Source: Candidatus Bathyarchaeota archaeon (lineage in GTDB: Archaea; Thermoproteota; Bathyarchaeia; Bathyarchaeales; Bathycorpusculaceae). From it: 64,000 nt of DNA. Location: assembly GCA_963733095.1 (NCBI GenBank), contig CAVTBV010000010.1, positions 21,358-85,357 on the forward strand, given 5' to 3'. Made by a program: the position numbers and the translations under genes. Each line of letters starts with the position of its first letter. Position 1 is the first letter of the stretch. Below, piece after piece: positions 59,461-64,000 of this stretch. The notes beneath the pieces are model-generated. The model was given only the letters and a program-made list of their open reading frames with translations. It was not told the origin of the DNA and did no database searches.

Positions 59461-62383
59461 AATCTCTACAGTAGCACTGAGGTATCCCTAACTCTGTTGA
59501 GGCTAATCTGCATTTCAGGATATCTTGGTATATGATTAAACAGGAATAATCGATGATCTGTCAGGTATGCTTTCATATTTCTATTCAAACAGATTTCCTT
59601 CAACAAATATTGTCAGATTTATGACAAAGGATACTGAATTGAAGAAAGCCCTTGGAAGTTAAACTGGCAATCTGCATTAGCATCAGTTTTTATTCCGATA
59701 AATACCTTCAGCATGATTAGCATTGAAATTCCCCGAAGTTGAACATTGATTAAGGTCCACTATAACATTTTCTTTACCGTCTAATAGTTTTTCAGTATAT
59801 GAGTAGTTGGTTGTTCGATTATTAATATCGCTGAATGCCCTAAATGTGAATGCGGCTTGCTTTTCGCTTTCCACGGAAAATTGGAAAACATTTGGCAGTG
59901 AAAGGGACGCGTTGAAAGTTAGCATGACTGTAAAACGACCACTCGCTTCACTGAAACCATTAAATTGAAAACCGCTCGAGTTCTCTGAATCAAAAATGTA
60001 ATTTCTTGAGGAATTATAATTCCAAGGTTGAGCTTGTGAAAAAGTAATCGGCTCAGTAGTATAATTATCATAAAACCGGTATAATGTAGCATAATTGAAT
60101 GTTTGCAAATCATAAAATTTTGGGTTATTTTCAAATATTTCGCCAAATACACTGCTATTTCCTAGCTTTTCGTAAAGTGGATAAAAAGCAGTGCCTTTCA
60201 ATAGGTATCAATAAGTATTTGACATTTAATTGTTCGAATTTGGAAAGCAACGCACTTTCATTTAAGTGTCCGATGACGAATAGAGGGGCGACCCATAAAT
60301 TGGATCGTTAAGGTCAATGATTGTTCTATTAGCAAAAGTTCAACTAGGTCGTGGCGAAGAAACCGACTGTAACTCCGTTATCACGTATATTTTGGTTATA
60401 GTAATCGGTCACTGCGGGTAGTAATACCAACCACTCATATACTGAAATCGATCTTGGTAACCATTTCTTTCTGCATCCAAAATAATAGGGCTACAGAAGC
60501 TTACGAGCAAAATTATGTTTAAGAATACGACAACCACCATGATTAAACGACAGCTGGCAGGCTTGAACTTTGCTGCAAGACTATTTGATTTCGTACTTAG
60601 CTGTTTAATAAGGGATTCAGAGGGTAAGAAAATCAACAAAAAGGCAACGGCACAAAAGGCTGTAAATTGTAGGTCAAATAATGGGTCATATAGAGTGCTA
60701 TAGTATGTTGTTAACCCGTTGATTTCCTGAATTCCAATTTTTAGCAAAGTAAATATTACAATCAAACTTAGATAAATGGAAACTCGTAATGCAAAAGCTT
60801 TAGAGTCATAAGATTTACGGATAACCAACAGGCGATGCCCCGCTAAAAGGGCTATGAAAGGCGCAAAATAATAGAGATGCCTTGGTTAGAGTCACACAAA
60901 AGTGCAGTTGACCAGATCATAAAAAGGCAAACAAAAAACAATAAAATGGGAACATAGCCAGAGTTGAAGGTAAAGCGTTTTCTCAAACGGTAGATTGAGG
61001 AAGACAGGGAGATTAAAATAGGAATCAAAAAGGGTGTTGTGAACCACCAGACAGAGATGAAATTTCCCCACTGGAGTTGCGAAATCCACGATCCAGAGGT
61101 TGAACTTGAAATACTGTTATAGAAGAGTATCGAAGTCAGAAGGCTTAAGTTAGATGTTGGCAAACTTGGAACAATGAAGCCTAGAACAAAAATATTTCTA
61201 AATAGATACATTAGAAAGGGCAGGATAAAAAGCAATGCAAGGATAATTGATTTCTTTAGGAGTTTTTGAGGCAGGGTTTCGGCGGTCGGTTTTAGTTTCA
61301 TCGCTAAGAGGACAATGAGGACAACCGCCGACAATAGTATTATTGGGAAAAGCCTCTGAATGTAAAGTAACCATGAAGAAGCATCCAGAAGAATATTCCT
61401 GCCCTCCCTAACATAGAAGAGAAAGCCAATAACTAATGCTCAGAGCGGAATCCAGTATCTCACATGTAAACTAAACAAAATTAAACCGATAGCTACTGGA
61501 AGCAAAAATAAACCTAATTCAATCCGTGTAAAGCAAGCTAGACTCAAACTCATGGCAAAAAAACTCCAATCGTATTTTGCCCTACTTGGGATGGGTTTAG
61601 CAATGCATATGGCAAAATAAATTGCCGAAAATGGAAAGAATGTAAATGGCAGATCAAGGTATAACGAGTGGGAACTAATCATTATTAGTACCGTGGGTAT
61701 GGACATAAAAACTAATACTGGAACAACGACCGCCCTGCCTGGAAAGAGCTTGTGTGCAATAGAAAAAGTGTTACCAAGGTTAGGACAAAGTAAATTATTG
61801 GTAAAGCGAATAGAGAAGCATTGTCTAAAAAGTTCAAGACAAATGCATAACTAATAGGCGTTGCAGGGCTAACATCAAAGAAGTTCAGTGAGACATATGG
61901 TTGTGAAGTTAGTCCATGAGAAGTTATAATTCCTTTAGCAGCAGGAATGTAATATGAAATTACATCCCATTCGTTGTAGAAATTATGGAAGTACAGCATA
62001 AGGAAAGATAGTATTAACAGAAAACAGAAAATTGCAATATATGGCAGATAAGAAACTCTGAATCTCACTTCCCCCTACAGGTTTCTTAGAGCACTTTAAA
62101 ATTAAAATTGCAGAAAATAAGGGAAAATATGGATAATAACACGAAAATATTGAAGTAAGCAACTATTTCATTGCTGGCTAACCCTATGATGATTGACAAA
62201 ACAATAAAAAAATAATTCCACAATATACTTCCGAAAAGGATTTTCTCTATAAGACTTGCTTTATGCTCTAAAAAAGAATCATTGAAATGAATATTCCAGG
62301 AACAAACAGATAGGGCGCTTAATAAAAAGTCAAGCAAACGGTTATGAACCTATGATCTTCTGATGTTTTCCATCAATTCTCAT
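59456..62383 (-). CDS. large polytopic membrane protein (GT-C-like), multiply frameshifted; boundaries approximate
   Basis: Series of hydrophobic fragments, EWDVISYYIP, LYLDL and FTRIE motifs, soluble C-terminal region. Confidence 0.5.
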
Positions 62384-63521
62384 CTATCTGGTTGACCCTG
62401 TGGCTCCAAGAGTATTCTTGATTTATAACATCGTGTAATTGCTTGGATTTTTTTTCCCATTCATACAGTTTCTTCAAGGAATTTTGAAATGCAATGCTCA
62501 GCTGTTGGTGTTATCAGGGTTTACTATAATTCCCTCATCCAGATCACGTATTATCTCAGTCCCCAAGATTGAAGTTGAAACGACCGGTTTTCCACAAGAT
62601 AGGTACTCATAGAGTTTGAGAGGGGAAACACCAATTTTGCCATTTCTCCAAGAGGTAAAGGGGCTATGCAAATATCGCATGCATTGATAATCATAGGAAT
62701 TTTTGCATGATAAATGAATTACTGAGGAAAAGCAGCTTATTACTTATTTGTAACTCACTTGCCAAGCGCTCTAAGCCTTTGCCCTAAATTGACCTTCCGC
62801 CCACAATTACTAACCTGACCTCTTGCTTGTTTGATTTAACAACGGCCGAGAAAGCTGGCAACGCATAGCTTAACCCTTGCCATGGCGCAAGATTGCCGAC
62901 AAAACAGAAGTCAGACTTCTGTAAAACCCAAGTTCAAAGCTTTTCTGCATTCAATTTTATTGAGAGGTTTAAATATCTCGGAATTTACGCCATTTGGTAC
63001 AACGGTTACGATTCCTTCGTTGACGCCTAAGGGTCAAGAATCATATTTGTCCTCGGGACGGAATGATGATGGAAGAAGCCATCCTATAACTTCCTACCAT
63101 CACCATGGCTAGTTTTCCAACGGCGCTATTTTTAAGGGAATATTCTAGGGCAGATCGCCATTAATTTCCAAAAAAACAGGAATATGAAACAATCTACCAA
63201 TAAAGACACCCATGTGTTAATACCGTTATCCCTTTCATAGATTATATCTGGTTTCTTAATCAGGACTTCTATTCCAAAAAAGAGACTACAAATAATATAT
63301 AGGAAAAAGGAAAAAGGAAATGGAAAATCTGGCAGTTGAAAAGTTTTGGCATTATTCTTCAGAAACGTGGGGCTTTTTTTCCCACGAATAAAAACAGTAA
63401 CTTCGTGGTCTTTTTTCGTCAACACTTCCAAAAAGTCCAACACATGGATTAGGTCGCCGGCTTTAGATTTAAGAGAAACGCATTCGGCAAGATAGAATAT
63501 TTTTAGTTTTTTACTATACAT
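62380..63521 (-). CDS. family 4 glycosyltransferase, frameshifted; 3' boundary approximate
   Basis: VPNGVN, FVGNLAPWQG, SPLKLYEYLSCGKPVVST. Confidence 0.8.
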
Positions 63522-63530
63522 GACTTAATT

Positions 63531-64000
63531 TTACCAGTCAATGCCAAGCTTGTTGAGTATACGAATCTTCTTTGCTAAGAGCAAAATGCCACTAACATCC
63601 AGCCAGAAAGAGGTTACAACACCATAAAGTATTGAAAAGATAACGAATGCACCCGATTTAGAGATGCTGTGGGAAATAGTTAACCCCAAAAAAAACAGGG
63701 ACACTAAACAGAATATTATTGCGTAGAGAGTCTGTAGAGGAAACAAGACTAAACCAGTAATAGGACAGGCAGCCACAAAAATCTTAAAAAGTTGCGGATA
63801 AACAATTTGACTTTTGTGTTGCATAAAGATGATTGAAGCTCGGATACCATCTCTAACGAAGCTTTTGGATAAACTATGGAAATCTTGTGGACCCTTGTGA
63901 TAAACCATGTTGTCTGATAATGTGATGATTGAGAATCCTGCTTTAGTTATTTTCCACAAGGCATCCACATCTTCTATAACTTCACCTTCAGAGAGATAAT
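63531..64000 (-). CDS. C-terminal part of a probable family 2 glycosyltransferase (runs off the window)
   Basis: EDVDALWKITKAG..VYH followed by TM helices. Confidence 0.6.
   Translation of the reverse strand, partial: YLSEGEVIEDVDALWKITKAGFSIITLSDNMVYHKGPQDFHSLSKSFVRDGIRASIIFMQHKSQIVYPQLFKIFVAACPITGLVLFPLQTLYAIIFCLVSLFFLGLTISHSISKSGAFVIFSILYGVVTSFWLDVSGILLLAKKIRILNKLGIDW

Overview
This is an archaeal window. The best fit is Bathyarchaeia, inferred from the archaeal rps19e-PDCD5-rpl39e-rpl31e-eIF6-rplX-pfdA-ftsY cluster, frequent TTG/GTG starts and tandem secreted PQQ-like beta-propeller proteins. The first ~26 kb is an intact energy-conservation island. It holds menA and a polyprenyl diphosphate synthase at one end and an MFS transporter plus menG/ubiE at the other. 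Between them lie an ArsR-V4R regulator, an hdrA(-mvhD)-hdrC-hdrB-frhB/fpoF operon whose fused MvhD domain has lost every Cys, two split-barrel (PPOX-like) flavoproteins (one membrane-fused), and an 11-subunit complex I without NuoEFG (order ABCDHIJKMLN). The middle carries housekeeping genes and mobile-element debris: an IS remnant, an orphan phage late-control-D protein, a dead vapBC pair and a terminase relic. An ~80-bp hairpin-forming direct repeat brackets 40.4-52.0 kb. An unannotated Cys-rich finger ORF with an in-frame TGA is followed by a structured element. The last ~13 kb is a surface-glycan locus full of frameshifts, probably assembly indel errors. All calls come from motif recognition by eye; no database searches were run.
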